Shown here: positions 14,914-24,434 of the stretch, one piece after another | How the letters are laid out: every line of letters begins with the position of its first letter | Numbering within the stretch: the first letter of the stretch is position 1 | IMG/VR virus record: IMGVR_UViG_3300017909_004107 | Coordinates: 56,974-120,973 of that record | DNA length: 64,000 nt | Reading direction: 5' to 3' (one strand) | DNA from: a virus | Lineage: Duplodnaviria > Caudoviricetes | Translations under genes and position numbers: made by a program | The notes under the pieces: generated by a model | What the model was told of the DNA's origin: nothing | The model's input: the letters and a program-made list of their open reading frames with translations, nothing else | Database searches by the model: none

Positions 14914-15525
14914 TTACCCCACACCCCGATCATATGCATAGTGTACGTATGGACCTTGTGCATTGACATAATGAAAGAAGATCTGATGATGATATGAGTC
15001 TTTTCCTGTAAGAGGTTCTCTCCAATGATCTCTTTCACACCCTTTGTATAATACCATATCTCCATTCTTCATACTAACAGAGTTTTCTGTATGATCTGGC
15101 AGTTCAAACCATATCGGCCATGCTTCATCACGATTGGTGCTGATTTGTACTGTTGCACTGATCTCACAGGATGGTCGATCATGATGTCGAGTCAGTTCCT
15201 GTCCCTCATAGTAAAACCGGTCAAAGTAATATGTGGGCAATAAGTCCATACTCAGAATACCTTCGATCTTTTTCATTAAGGAGTAATGTGTTCTCTTATA
15301 GAATGGATGATTGTATCTTGCTAAAGAACCATTGACCTGTGGTTCGACTGAATTGAACTCTGTCTTTTGATGTCGAAAGTGTCTTTCAATTCCAGTGATT
15401 CTTTGACCCTCTTTGTCAACAGGCGGTGAGCAGTAAAGACTTTTGAAGTCAACTGCATCAGGAACATAAAGATATCCAGTCGTATCAAATTGTTTTCTTA
15501 TTTCCATCTTGGACCTACCACCCAT
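14914..15525 (-). CDS. 2OG-Fe(II) oxygenase-like protein
   Basis: LTRHHDRPSCEIS (HxD), GDMVLYKGC...HWREP, QIFFHYV. Confidence 0.75.
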   Translation of the reverse strand: MGGRSKMEIRKQFDTTGYLYVPDAVDFKSLYCSPPVDKEGQRITGIERHFRHQKTEFNSVEPQVNGSLARYNHPFYKRTHYSLMKKIEGILSMDLLPTYYFDRFYYEGQELTRHHDRPSCEISATVQISTNRDEAWPIWFELPDHTENSVSMKNGDMVLYKGCERDHWREPLTGKDSYHHQIFFHYVNAQGPYVHYAYDRGVG

Positions 15526-16115
15526 CCTACGATACTCTTACGAAGTCCCTCTTTGACCTTTCTGACTCGGTGACGAGTTCTTGAATCAAAGACAATCATC
15601 GTGCCTCTCTGTTTAGGTGCCAAAAATCTTTGACCTTCACTATCTAAGAATTCAACCTCTCCTCCTCTGTAATCTGTGGGGTCGGATAATTGTAGAGTAA
15701 ATGAGAGTTTCCTGACATATTCTCCTGCTTGAATCATTTCCTCCTTTGCTCGATTTGCTCCTGAACGGAAATTTTCTTGTGGTTTATGATAAGTATCTAA
15801 AACTGTATCTGAGTGCCAAGTGTAATATTGTCCTTCCTGATAATGAGTATATTGTAGAGTTTGACTGTCAATATCTATAATGTCGTATAAAAAGTTATCA
15901 CGATTAATTTTAGAGACATAATACCATAGATACCCACCTATCCAGTGTGATGTGGGGATCCATGTATTCTGACTGTTACGAATGAAGTTATTACTATAAT
16001 CGCCCTTCAACAGAGAAGGTTGAACAGATGTATCAAATTTCTTGATGTCATTCTCTAAAATGTCAATCACTTCAACTGGAAGTTCAGTAAACTCCCAACA
16101 TACACTATTCGCCAT
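15498..16115 (-). CDS. 2OG-Fe(II) oxygenase (prolyl-hydroxylase-like)
   Basis: YTWHSD, RKLS, DYRGGE, VFDS...HRV, RKSIVGW. Confidence 0.88.
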   Translation of the reverse strand: MANSVCWEFTELPVEVIDILENDIKKFDTSVQPSLLKGDYSNNFIRNSQNTWIPTSHWIGGYLWYYVSKINRDNFLYDIIDIDSQTLQYTHYQEGQYYTWHSDTVLDTYHKPQENFRSGANRAKEEMIQAGEYVRKLSFTLQLSDPTDYRGGEVEFLDSEGQRFLAPKQRGTMIVFDSRTRHRVRKVKEGLRKSIVGWVVGPRWK

Positions 16116-16746
16116 GATTCAATAGATAATCTGCAATTTTTTGATGAGCAGGTTCGAGTGGGTGAGTTTCATCTTCTCCAAGAGGACCTTCTTTATATGT
16201 ATGTCCAAGCATTTGAGCCCATATCCAGTGATGCTTCATTCTACAAAGTTGATACCAGTAACTTTGCTCATGCATCCAATATCTCTTCTTCTTATTATCA
16301 CCGCAACAATCAGCAGATAGGAATATGAGTGGAGTACGATAGTCTACAGCATTTTCAATCAGAAACTTATTCTTATACATGTTCTCAATACCGAGTTGTC
16401 GATTGTAGACCCACTTATAATATCTTCTTCCCTCATAATAATACTTTTCTTCCCTTTTCCGTCGTTCCATCATCTGTATTCTGAACTTGTGAGTATCATT
16501 TTCAGTGAAATACTCTAATCGACTTGGTATTGTAAGTTGAACATAGATTCTATCATATCTTCTTTTTCGAGTCTCTTCAACAGTTCTTCGGGCAATCCAA
16601 TCATTACTCTGACCACACTCAGCAATGTTATGTTCATTTGCCCCCAAAGCATCACAGACAAGTTTACTGTAACGTGTATTCAATCGGTCTTTCAACTCAT
16701 CACCCCATGTGATGCTACATCCTACAAATAAAAAATCCATCAGCAC
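16105..16746 (-). CDS. SGNH hydrolase-like hypothetical protein
   Basis: GCSITWG block I, NIA..GQSND, C-terminal DETHP...HQKIA. Confidence 0.55.
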   Translation of the reverse strand: MLMDFLFVGCSITWGDELKDRLNTRYSKLVCDALGANEHNIAECGQSNDWIARRTVEETRKRRYDRIYVQLTIPSRLEYFTENDTHKFRIQMMERRKREEKYYYEGRRYYKWVYNRQLGIENMYKNKFLIENAVDYRTPLIFLSADCCGDNKKKRYWMHEQSYWYQLCRMKHHWIWAQMLGHTYKEGPLGEDETHPLEPAHQKIADYLLNHGE

Positions 16747-17303
16747 ATATTGAAAGAAATAGAGATACGTTTGTCTTCACTCATATTAGGTGAGACGTAA
16801 TGCTCTAACCAAGATGGAAAGATATAAAGAGATGATTCACGGGCAGGCATTATACGTCTTGATGATGTGTAATTAGTCAGTTCTTCTTCGACAGTATCAT
16901 AGTCCCAATCATGATTCATATGTGTCGCCGGATTACATAATACAAGATCTCCACAGTTTTCAGGTGTCTTCACATAGTATACTCCAGATAACATGCAACG
17001 ACTGTGAATGTGTGAAAGATTGCTGTCTTTATATCCATTTATATTGATCCAGACATCAGTAAGTTGAGTGGGTTTCAACCCAATAAGTTTTGCCATCTTA
17101 TTTGAATGGTGTATAATATTTTCAAATAGATCATTCAACATAGGTATCGTTCCAGTTAGAGGATTTGATTGATATCCGCCAGAATTAGATATAGTGCGAC
17201 CTTCATCTTTTTTTGAGTGATGTACACAATATAAGGATATTGCCTTATTGTCTAGTTTGAGTTCAGTTTGATATACAGGTGTTTTGAATACATCATTTAT
17301 CAT
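16740..17303 (-). CDS. putative 2OG-Fe(II) oxygenase (TIGR02466-like)
   Basis: WININ...HIH...LSGVYY, IFPSWLEHYV, RISISFN. Confidence 0.85.
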   Translation of the reverse strand: MINDVFKTPVYQTELKLDNKAISLYCVHHSKKDEGRTISNSGGYQSNPLTGTIPMLNDLFENIIHHSNKMAKLIGLKPTQLTDVWININGYKDSNLSHIHSRCMLSGVYYVKTPENCGDLVLCNPATHMNHDWDYDTVEEELTNYTSSRRIMPARESSLYIFPSWLEHYVSPNMSEDKRISISFNMC

Positions 17304-17304
17304 A

Positions 17305-17466
17305 TTAGAAAGATGCCTCCTCTACACATACTTCATCATAGCATACAGTGTATGTAATGTCTTCTTTCCAGTATGAAGTGTAAAGTTTATTCCATATGAG
17401 ACCAAACTCTTCAAGTGTGAGATTTTTGAATAGAACTTTTTCTTGAAAGTAAATGTGATAAGTCAT
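17305..17466 (-). CDS. 53-aa protein (not in ORF track)
   Basis: MTYHIYFQEKVLFKNLTLEEF...EEASF fills the gap between neighbouring genes. Confidence 0.65.
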   Translation of the reverse strand: MTYHIYFQEKVLFKNLTLEEFGLIWNKLYTSYWKEDITYTVCYDEVCVEEASF

Positions 17467-18266
17467 AGTTGCTCTCCTGTACCTCCGATTTCGATAGGAC
17501 GTTCAATGTTCAATACCTCCTCATCTATATACTCAATATTTTTTTGACTTAAATAATCTTTATATGCACCAATTATTCCTTTTCTGACCTTTAATTGTCT
17601 TTCATCACTTTTATCTATATAACTTTTTTCACTTAAAGGAACACGACCAGATATCTCTGCTTCTCTCATTTTATCAAATGTAGATTCATCAATTGCTTGA
17701 TATAATATATCTTTATCTATTTTAGCACCCATTATATTTAATATCTTTTCTAAAAAAACTTCTGGTGTTTCACACAAATCTTCATAGTCTATTACTAATT
17801 CGTGATTAAAATTTTTAATAACATTTTCAAACTTCAAAAGACTTGTTATGCCTAAATCAGATTCTATAAACTCTGATATTGTTCCATCAAATAGTTTTTT
17901 TCTATAACGACATTGATGATAAAATGAAACAATTGTATCATATCTATTTCTTTTTAAAAATATTGTTTTTCCTTCAATACTTTGATTACCTTTAATACCT
18001 TGAAGTTTTATATAATTTTGAAGTTTTATATAATTTATTCCATCTTCGTCTTCTTCCTCCGATGAACCTGCATGAGTAAAATGTAAATTATATAAACAAT
18101 TATAACCTCTAGCAAATTTACTATAATTAAGTACATCATATTCTTCAAGATTATGTTTTAGTTGAAAATATTTTCCAATCATATATCTCAAATATGTTCT
18201 TCCTGATTTAGGAAAAGAAAATAAATAAATCGAATCACTTCTCAAACATCTGGGTTTCAACATCAC
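17463..18266 (-). CDS. sulfotransferase (Sulfotransfer_1-like)
   Basis: PAPS 5'-PSB SFPKSGRTYL, 3'-PB KRNRYDTIVS, YEDL, VRKGIIG. Confidence 0.85.
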   Translation of the reverse strand: MMLKPRCLRSDSIYLFSFPKSGRTYLRYMIGKYFQLKHNLEEYDVLNYSKFARGYNCLYNLHFTHAGSSEEEDEDGINYIKLQNYIKLQGIKGNQSIEGKTIFLKRNRYDTIVSFYHQCRYRKKLFDGTISEFIESDLGITSLLKFENVIKNFNHELVIDYEDLCETPEVFLEKILNIMGAKIDKDILYQAIDESTFDKMREAEISGRVPLSEKSYIDKSDERQLKVRKGIIGAYKDYLSQKNIEYIDEEVLNIERPIEIGGTGEQL

Positions 18267-18466
18267 CCAAAACCTCTCGTTTTTTTCTCTGGTATATTTA
18301 GAACCTCGACGACTGCATCAAAACCAATCATATTAGAATGATTCCACCACCACTCTTGAACCTCTTCCCAAGACTTTACAATAAAAGTAGCATAGTGCTT
18401 AGAAACTATCTTATAATGATGCCTGTCATAGGGGGCATCTGATGTCTGCTTGAAGAACTTAGTCAT
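18263..18466 (-). CDS. hypothetical protein
   Basis: 67 aa; PYDRHHYK. Confidence 0.65.
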   Translation of the reverse strand: MTKFFKQTSDAPYDRHHYKIVSKHYATFIVKSWEEVQEWWWNHSNMIGFDAVVEVLNIPEKKTRGFG

Positions 18467-18605
18467 TTTGTTTTGGATAGTAGACTTCTACATATGAGTT
18501 GCATTTAGGGCAGGATAGGTTTGTTACGAAACTATACTGCTCATCATAGTCACAATCATGGTCACCGCCCCAAATGAGTTCAGTCTGACAGTGCCAACAG
18601 TTCAA
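18459..18605 (-). CDS. 48-aa CxxC...CxxC zinc-ribbon protein (not in ORF track)
   Basis: TTG start; NCWHCQTELIWGGDHD...NLSCPKCNSYVEVY. Confidence 0.7.
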   Translation of the reverse strand: MNCWHCQTELIWGGDHDCDYDEQYSFVTNLSCPKCNSYVEVYYPKQND

Positions 18606-18903
18606 TTGCTTTCTCCACGTATACTTTTGCTTTCATAAGATCATCCAGTTCCGTCTCTCCTGACTTGGAACCTGCACGACATACGTATTTTACCACGTTA
18701 CCTTTGAAGAAGTCAAGTTTCTGGTCGGCAATAAAATCCCAAACCTGTATGTTACCCTTCTGATAATGTTGTGGGTCGTGCTTTTTTACGATGGGTTTCC
18801 CCCAAAACTCAGCAGGAATGTCTTCTCTGATAGGATAAGTCTCTTCCTGCTTCTCTAGTTCTTGCTTTTTCTTAGCAAGTTGGTAAAAATTTAGTTCTTC
18901 CAT
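18580..18903 (-). CDS. DUF3310 protein (T7 gp1.7-like nucleotide kinase family)
   Basis: PQHYQKG...FFKGNVVKYVCRAGSK...DLMKA. Confidence 0.8.
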   Translation of the reverse strand: MEELNFYQLAKKKQELEKQEETYPIREDIPAEFWGKPIVKKHDPQHYQKGNIQVWDFIADQKLDFFKGNVVKYVCRAGSKSGETELDDLMKAKVYVEKAIELLALSD

Positions 18904-18994
18904 GATTATAGTATACCACAATACCGCAAAAATGCAAGTATTTCAAAAAAACAGACGGTCGCTGCTGCAATAATCAAGAATTTTAGTGTTTTTA

Positions 18995-19909
18995 TCATTC
19001 GTAACGAAGGAATACAGTATCCATTTGGATTCCCCAAAACTTGCCAAGTTCTGCATAGTGACTCTTAATCTTGGTTTTGATGTCCGTGTTCATCAATTTT
19101 TCAACCTGCGTCATGGTTGAACAATAGAAGATAATCAGTGCTTTCTTCTTATTGTTCTCCATACACTCAACAAAGGCAGATGAAATGGCAGTACGGTCCC
19201 ATCCATCCAATGTGCGAGGTTCTGTAATAACGTGGTCTTTGTAGTCCTCCAGATTCTCAAAGTTGATACGTTGACTGGCAAGTTCTCCAGTAGTATAAGT
19301 TCGCATGGGTTTCATGCGCCCACCAACAACTCCATGGTGTGAGATCCACTGCCCAATGGTTTTGCGAGAGATGTGTGGATAAGTTTCAACAAATTCATCA
19401 AGAATGTCATCTGTTGGTTTAGGGTCAAGACCTTCAGATTGACGCTCTTCCATCAACTCATACAATTCTTTCCGAACATCATTACTCTTTACAGCAGTCT
19501 TTTCTACGTCCTGCTTGTTCAGAAGATTGCCAAGTCGAATAGCATTAGACTTTTTACCTCCCAACTGAGTGTCAAAATTGACAATACAAGCGTTAGACTT
19601 GAAAATGTTAATTTTTACCTTAATCTCAGCAGTGTGGTTGCCATCCAGAAGTTTAACTTCATTCTCATCTGGAAAATAAACACAGGTGAGATCTTCAAGT
19701 TTGCTAGTATCTCCAGATTGTTTGATTTTGTTGGAGATACGCTCTACAAAATCAATGTCGCGGTCAACATCTCTAACCTGAACACGTTTGTCACGATTAG
19801 GAATAAATTCACCGTCGTTCATTTTGTGAAAAAATTGAGTGATATCAATCTCTTCGCGTGGATATTCACCAGAACGAATTTGGTCAGCAAGTTGTTGAAT
19901 GGGGTTCAT
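18995..19909 (-). CDS. hypothetical protein with ParB/Srx-like motif
   Basis: 304 aa; VKLLDGNHT resembles the ParB-like DGxHR motif. Confidence 0.6.
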   Translation of the reverse strand: MNPIQQLADQIRSGEYPREEIDITQFFHKMNDGEFIPNRDKRVQVRDVDRDIDFVERISNKIKQSGDTSKLEDLTCVYFPDENEVKLLDGNHTAEIKVKINIFKSNACIVNFDTQLGGKKSNAIRLGNLLNKQDVEKTAVKSNDVRKELYELMEERQSEGLDPKPTDDILDEFVETYPHISRKTIGQWISHHGVVGGRMKPMRTYTTGELASQRINFENLEDYKDHVITEPRTLDGWDRTAISSAFVECMENNKKKALIIFYCSTMTQVEKLMNTDIKTKIKSHYAELGKFWGIQMDTVFLRYE

Positions 19910-19930
19910 TGATTTGTTTGAACTGAAGTT

Positions 19931-19988
19931 AGTATAGGGTCAATAGGTGGGAGCATTGCTCCCTATGGGACACTTATTGAACTGGCAC
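19931..19988 (-). promoter_or_regulatory. palindrome-type early promoter (isolated copy)
   Basis: Minus strand GTGCCAGT-TCAATA-AGTGTCCC, 30 nt containing a GGGAGCA/TGCTCCC hairpin, TATACT; leader TCAAACAAATCA-ATG. Confidence 0.75.
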
Positions 19989-20483
19989 ATACATCTGACC
20001 ATACTTGCCGAATACCTCTTTGAATCGGTCCATATCTTTACCCAGATAGATGATGGCAGATTGAAATGGTGCAGCACTAGCAGCAGCACCAAACCTTAGA
20101 CGCTTGTTTACAGCAATCCAAGGATATTTGGTGATTGCTCTCCACCATTTGGTAGAAACATCCAGTTTGATGAGAAGAACCATTTCTTTTGCATTTCCAG
20201 ATTCATACTGGAGTGCAGCATAAGGAACCCAAGTTTTAGAATCAGAATATGGATGATTCATAAAAACTTTTCCCAACCACGGATGTGCTAAACCGTTGGT
20301 TTCTTCAGTATAAAGAACCTTGGCAGGTACATTCGGATTGTTGACATCATTACAACACGGGTCAGTATCAATCTGCCCGTCGAAGAACTTAACAACGTCG
20401 CCAACAAATTCGACAGGAGTGTTCCAACAATCAGTACGATTGCCCGTAGTTGCTGTTAGTGCCTTGAGTGCAGTTGATGTCAT
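19974..20483 (-). CDS. phage-type DNA N6-adenine methyltransferase (Dam-like)
   Basis: DCWNTP, IDTDPC, NGLAHPW..VFMNHPYS, RLRF...APF. Confidence 0.8.
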   Translation of the reverse strand: MTSTALKALTATTGNRTDCWNTPVEFVGDVVKFFDGQIDTDPCCNDVNNPNVPAKVLYTEETNGLAHPWLGKVFMNHPYSDSKTWVPYAALQYESGNAKEMVLLIKLDVSTKWWRAITKYPWIAVNKRLRFGAAASAAPFQSAIIYLGKDMDRFKEVFGKYGQMYVPVQ

Positions 20484-20890
20484 TGATAGGTATACTCTTG
20501 AACAAATTGATCGTGATTGATGATACGAACGTCTGGATAGATAGACTTCATTTTAGCACGGAAATCGTCAGAAAGATAGTAATCTTTCCACTTCCATGCT
20601 TTATCTGGTCCAGCAACAATAATCGTTGCAGATTTATATCCATGGTCATCAATCGCATGTTGCAATTTCATGAACTCAAAAGGAATTTTCTCCTCTGCTG
20701 TTCCTTGAACACGTTGATACTTTAGACTGATAAGTTCAATTTTGTTGATAACAATGTCACAGTAATGTTTGCCACCATTACGTTTTGCACCAATCATAAC
20801 TTGTGACTCTACTTCATGGTCACTGAATTGTTCTAGAAGATTCTCAACTTCTGTTTCATATTTAGTTCCTGTTGTAGTATTACGAGACAT
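20480..20890 (-). CDS. putative PD-(D/E)XK nuclease
   Basis: GTKYE...CDIVI...ISLKYQRVQGTAEEKIP; overlaps the MTase start; upstream TTGCAA-16-TATAAT. Confidence 0.65.
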   Translation of the reverse strand: MSRNTTTGTKYETEVENLLEQFSDHEVESQVMIGAKRNGGKHYCDIVINKIELISLKYQRVQGTAEEKIPFEFMKLQHAIDDHGYKSATIIVAGPDKAWKWKDYYLSDDFRAKMKSIYPDVRIINHDQFVQEYTYQ

Positions 20891-20943
20891 AATCAATATA
20901 ACTTACAATATGTTAATTATAACACAAAAAAAGACTTTTGCAA

Positions 20944-21183
20944 CTATTTTCTGACGACTACGATGTCTCCTTCGCCATCATCTTCGTCTTCATCTTCGGA
21001 TGCATGAAAAATTAGCAGTTCAGTACCGCTTTGAACGTCTCTCATCTCTGGGTGAACGTTAGATTTCATCGGTTTTCCCATTTCACTGAAGACAAACGTC
21101 ATACTTCTCCACATAAAGACGAGTGCAGAGACCAAAGTTACCATGAAAAGTAGAAAATAGAGAAAAATGACGGTTGAATTCAT
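20944..21183 (-). CDS. small membrane protein (DUF2973-like)
   Basis: N-terminal TM helix, HPEM motif, acidic tail. Confidence 0.55.
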   Translation of the reverse strand: MNSTVIFLYFLLFMVTLVSALVFMWRSMTFVFSEMGKPMKSNVHPEMRDVQSGTELLIFHASEDEDEDDGEGDIVVVRK

Positions 21184-21545
21184 TATCTAATCATAGATTT
21201 GAGTTTGAGAAGCATATCTCCTTCGATTTTGTCCAAAATATTAACATTGAGGTCCATAAAAGGTGGAATTATCCCTAACATTCTGAGTAAACCATCTACA
21301 AACAAGGCAAGTGTTGTAAATCCAAGTATCATACTGATGACAGTAGCATCTCGATTGTGTTTTTTCATCGATGCTTCATCAATTTCTCTTGCTTTTGCCA
21401 CCGCACCGGCAATCAGAGCATCAACCTCCTCGGTTGTGTACACTGTTTTTGGCATTTTGAACTGTACATTAGCAAAGTTATCCGAAACTGGAAAATGTTT
21501 GACGAATTTGTTGATCATAGTTACTTGAGAAGGAGATTTGCCCAC
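21183..21545 (-). CDS. membrane-associated hypothetical protein
   Basis: HNRDATVISMILGF...GIIPPF hydrophobic segment. Confidence 0.65.
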   Translation of the reverse strand: MGKSPSQVTMINKFVKHFPVSDNFANVQFKMPKTVYTTEEVDALIAGAVAKAREIDEASMKKHNRDATVISMILGFTTLALFVDGLLRMLGIIPPFMDLNVNILDKIEGDMLLKLKSMIR

Positions 21546-21578
21546 GCTGCAATCACTAAGAGTGTCAGACAGAGTTGA

Positions 21579-22619
21579 TTATACCTCATAGTTGTACGGT
21601 TTTCCCCAGTATAGCGGTAAACTGCCATACCTGTCCACCCATTGTTGGTAAACTGGGAAAAATGGTTTGACTTGATTGTATAATTCGTCTCGTAACCAAT
21701 ATTTATCAGATGACCACTGGTCCATTAGACCCGCATACTTCGGAGCGTTTGGTCCACGGTCAGGACAATAGACATTTTCATGTATATTTTTGATGTCATA
21801 GTCTAGGAAGTCGGATAACCGTTGCTTTTCTCTCTCTTGTTTGTCGCCCTCCCACAATTGTTCCATTATGATGACATGAAGTGGACAAATCTTCTCCCAT
21901 TTGTCAATAATTCTAAAATAACTGGATTGATTAGTCCTCTTGATGAAATCGTAAAATAGTTTGTGTTGCTCTTCTTCTGTGCCCCCATCTGGTTGATCCT
22001 CATAATTCCGCAATCCGCATCGTCCACTTGCTTCTGACCATAAACGACGAATTGGGTCTCTCACAATCATGACTGCTTTGACATCAAAATATTCAGAGAG
22101 TCTCTCAACCAATTTATGACAAAATTCTTCTGGCATCCAAGCATTTGCATTAGAAAAATCACCAACTGCTTTATATGGGCAATTATTTTCCTGTAAGGTC
22201 TCCCAGAGTCTTTTATAGTAATTGATATACTTTTCTAGGGAGAGGGGTAGTGAAGTGTAGTCATCTATTTCTTCTTGAGTCAAAAAAAGGTCTTTTTTTA
22301 CTTCTGGAATACGACATTTTTCTTCTGGAATACGACTACTGACATTATGATAAAATTTTCTATTACTGAACTTGAATGCACCAGTCAACAAAGCACGACC
22401 CACAACATAATCACTAGTTATACCGTATGCCTTGAAACGTTTTCGATGTTCTAATCTCTTCTTTAGTCTATCAGCAGGTTTTTCTGCTATAAGTGGAAGA
22501 TATTCGCAATCTTTCGCAATTCCTACATGCAAGTACTGATTATCTGCTTGAAGAGTATACCAAAGAGGAGTGGTTGCCGACCACCCAATGCCTAGACTTA
22601 TCACAAAAGTCGGTTTCAA
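21579..22619 (-). CDS. sulfotransferase-like P-loop protein
   Basis: LGIGWSATTPL, VGDFS, IVRDPIRRLWS. Confidence 0.6.
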   Translation of the reverse strand: MKPTFVISLGIGWSATTPLWYTLQADNQYLHVGIAKDCEYLPLIAEKPADRLKKRLEHRKRFKAYGITSDYVVGRALLTGAFKFSNRKFYHNVSSRIPEEKCRIPEVKKDLFLTQEEIDDYTSLPLSLEKYINYYKRLWETLQENNCPYKAVGDFSNANAWMPEEFCHKLVERLSEYFDVKAVMIVRDPIRRLWSEASGRCGLRNYEDQPDGGTEEEQHKLFYDFIKRTNQSSYFRIIDKWEKICPLHVIIMEQLWEGDKQEREKQRLSDFLDYDIKNIHENVYCPDRGPNAPKYAGLMDQWSSDKYWLRDELYNQVKPFFPVYQQWVDRYGSLPLYWGKPYNYEV

Positions 22620-22648
22620 AATAAATAAAAATACTATACCAAATATAT

Positions 22649-23032
22649 ATGCTACTTAGCAAACCTTCAGATTATGTTTTTGAAATGTTGGTGAGTAATT
22701 ATGGTAAAGCGAAAAAGATGTGGAGGAGAAATATAAAGGAGGCATGGGATTATAGGTGTGCCTACTGTGGTGAATACGGAGATACGATAGATCACATACA
22801 CCCTCAAACATACGGCGGTAGAGATGAGTTACCAAACATGATATGTTGTTGTAATCATTGTAATAAAGAAAAATCACACGAACCTGTGCAAATTTGGTAT
22901 TTTCAACAAGATTTCTTCAATCAGGAACGATGGGACAAAATTGAAGAATGGAGAGATAATCGTGCACCTGCTCAACGAAAACGCTATATAAGAGGTAGGG
23001 GAGGAATTCCTACAAAGTGTATAGTTTTATGA
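22649..23032 (+). CDS. HNH endonuclease
   Basis: CAYCG...TIDHIHP...GG...N..CCNHCN. Confidence 0.9.
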   Translation: MLLSKPSDYVFEMLVSNYGKAKKMWRRNIKEAWDYRCAYCGEYGDTIDHIHPQTYGGRDELPNMICCCNHCNKEKSHEPVQIWYFQQDFFNQERWDKIEEWRDNRAPAQRKRYIRGRGGIPTKCIVL

Positions 23033-23196
23033 GTTACTCCGTATATCTCAACGAAAAAAGAATTTATCACGACATCAGTGAAGAAGAAGCATTACGACGA
23101 CAGAAAATGTTTCGTCAAATGATACATGCCGGTGTTAAGAGTTGTTATTCACCAGAACAGGTGACAATTAAGTATGATTCTGTTACAATAGAGTAA
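23029..23196 (+). CDS. 55-aa protein (not in ORF track)
   Basis: ATGA overlap; MSYSVYLNEKRIYHDISEEEA... Confidence 0.55.
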   Translation: MSYSVYLNEKRIYHDISEEEALRRQKMFRQMIHAGVKSCYSPEQVTIKYDSVTIE

Positions 23197-23510
23197 ACAA
23201 GTAAAAAAATGGAAAAAGACTCACTTCTCGATGAATTAGCAGATGCGATAGCACAAGGTCCTGTAATTTTTACTCCTGACGACTCTTGGGAAGAGAAACT
23301 TGAGGAGAAAAAGAATGAAACTTAAAAATACACCATTTACCATACAGCATGTGAAGAATTGGCATCCAATTCGTTGGATCAAGACTCAGTACAAACTATG
23401 GAAACTTAGAAAGGATGATCCTTTCGATTATGACGAAAATTGACATAGGTTAAAATTTTTATAACTAACTCTGTGAGTTTTCACCGAAGGGTATAACTTA
23501 ATATTTCTTT

Positions 23511-23534
23511 AAGGCGACAAAAGTCGCCTTTTTT
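23511..23534 (+). terminator. intrinsic terminator
   Basis: AAGGCGAC-aaaa-GTCGCCTT-TTTT. Confidence 0.8.
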
Positions 23535-23586
23535 AATAAAATGGATAAAATTGAAATTAGATATAGAAGCATTATAAAATCATGAA

Positions 23587-23615
23587 TTGACACTTACTAA
23601 ATAAACCAGTATAAT
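23587..23615 (+). promoter_or_regulatory. sigma70 promoter with a nested T4 late-type box
   Basis: TTGACA-17-TATAAT; ACTAAATA at 23596 inside the spacer. Confidence 0.7.
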
Positions 23616-23637
23616 GAATTGAAAAGCATTTTCTGTA

Positions 23638-24399
23638 ATGGCAAAAGGATTTAAGGTGGTGACTACTCCACCAAAAACAGCAAAAAAAGATGAGACTGAG
23701 TTTTCGATAGATGAAGCAAGAAAACTCATCAAAGGTAAAGCAATTGTATTCTGTCTTCCCGGTCGTGGAGTATCATACACCTTTCTAAAGAACTTTGTAC
23801 AACTCTGTTTTGAATGTGTGCAGCAAGGAGCATCAATACAGATCTCACAAGACTACTCTTCAATGGTCAACTTTGCTCGATGTAAAGTATTAGGAGCAAA
23901 CGTGCTCAAAGGACCAGATCAGTTACCATGGCAAGGTAAACTTGAATATGACTATCAATTATGGATTGACAGCGATATTGTATTCAATCTAGAAGCATTT
24001 TATAAACTTGTATGGATGCAAAAAGATATTGCTGCAGGATGGTATGTGACAGAAGATGGTAGAACTACATCTGTTGCACATTGGTTAGAAGAAGATGAAT
24101 TTGAACAGAATGGTGGAGTCATGAATCATGAAATGGTTGATGGTATACAGAAGAGAAGAAAACCATTTACATGTGATTACACAGGGTTTGGATGGGTTAT
24201 GATTAAGAAAGGTGTGTTTGAACATCCTGATATGAAGTATCCATGGTTTGCACCACAAATGCAGGTTTTTGAATCTGGTGCAGTACAGGACATGTGTGGT
24301 GAAGACGTTTCTTTCTGTCTTGAAGCAATCAAAGCAGGATTCGAGATTTGGTGCGATCCAACCATAAGAGTGGGACACGAGAAGACAAGAATTATATAA
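23638..24399 (+). CDS. glycosyltransferase-like (GT-A fold) protein
   Basis: LWIDSDI (DxD), TGFGWVMIKKGVFE, GEDVSFC, VGHEK. Confidence 0.7.
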   Translation: MAKGFKVVTTPPKTAKKDETEFSIDEARKLIKGKAIVFCLPGRGVSYTFLKNFVQLCFECVQQGASIQISQDYSSMVNFARCKVLGANVLKGPDQLPWQGKLEYDYQLWIDSDIVFNLEAFYKLVWMQKDIAAGWYVTEDGRTTSVAHWLEEDEFEQNGGVMNHEMVDGIQKRRKPFTCDYTGFGWVMIKKGVFEHPDMKYPWFAPQMQVFESGAVQDMCGEDVSFCLEAIKAGFEIWCDPTIRVGHEKTRII

Positions 24400-24434
24400 G
24401 TAGGGTTGTAATGTTAAATATACAACCAACAAAG

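Noticed and set aside
19373-19912. 179-aa + strand ORF
   Set aside because: Antisense to the 304-aa gene that has its own promoter; no recognisable motif.
22649-23032. HNH as part of a group I intron or intein
   Set aside because: Free-standing ORF divergent from its neighbour; no interrupted gene visible.
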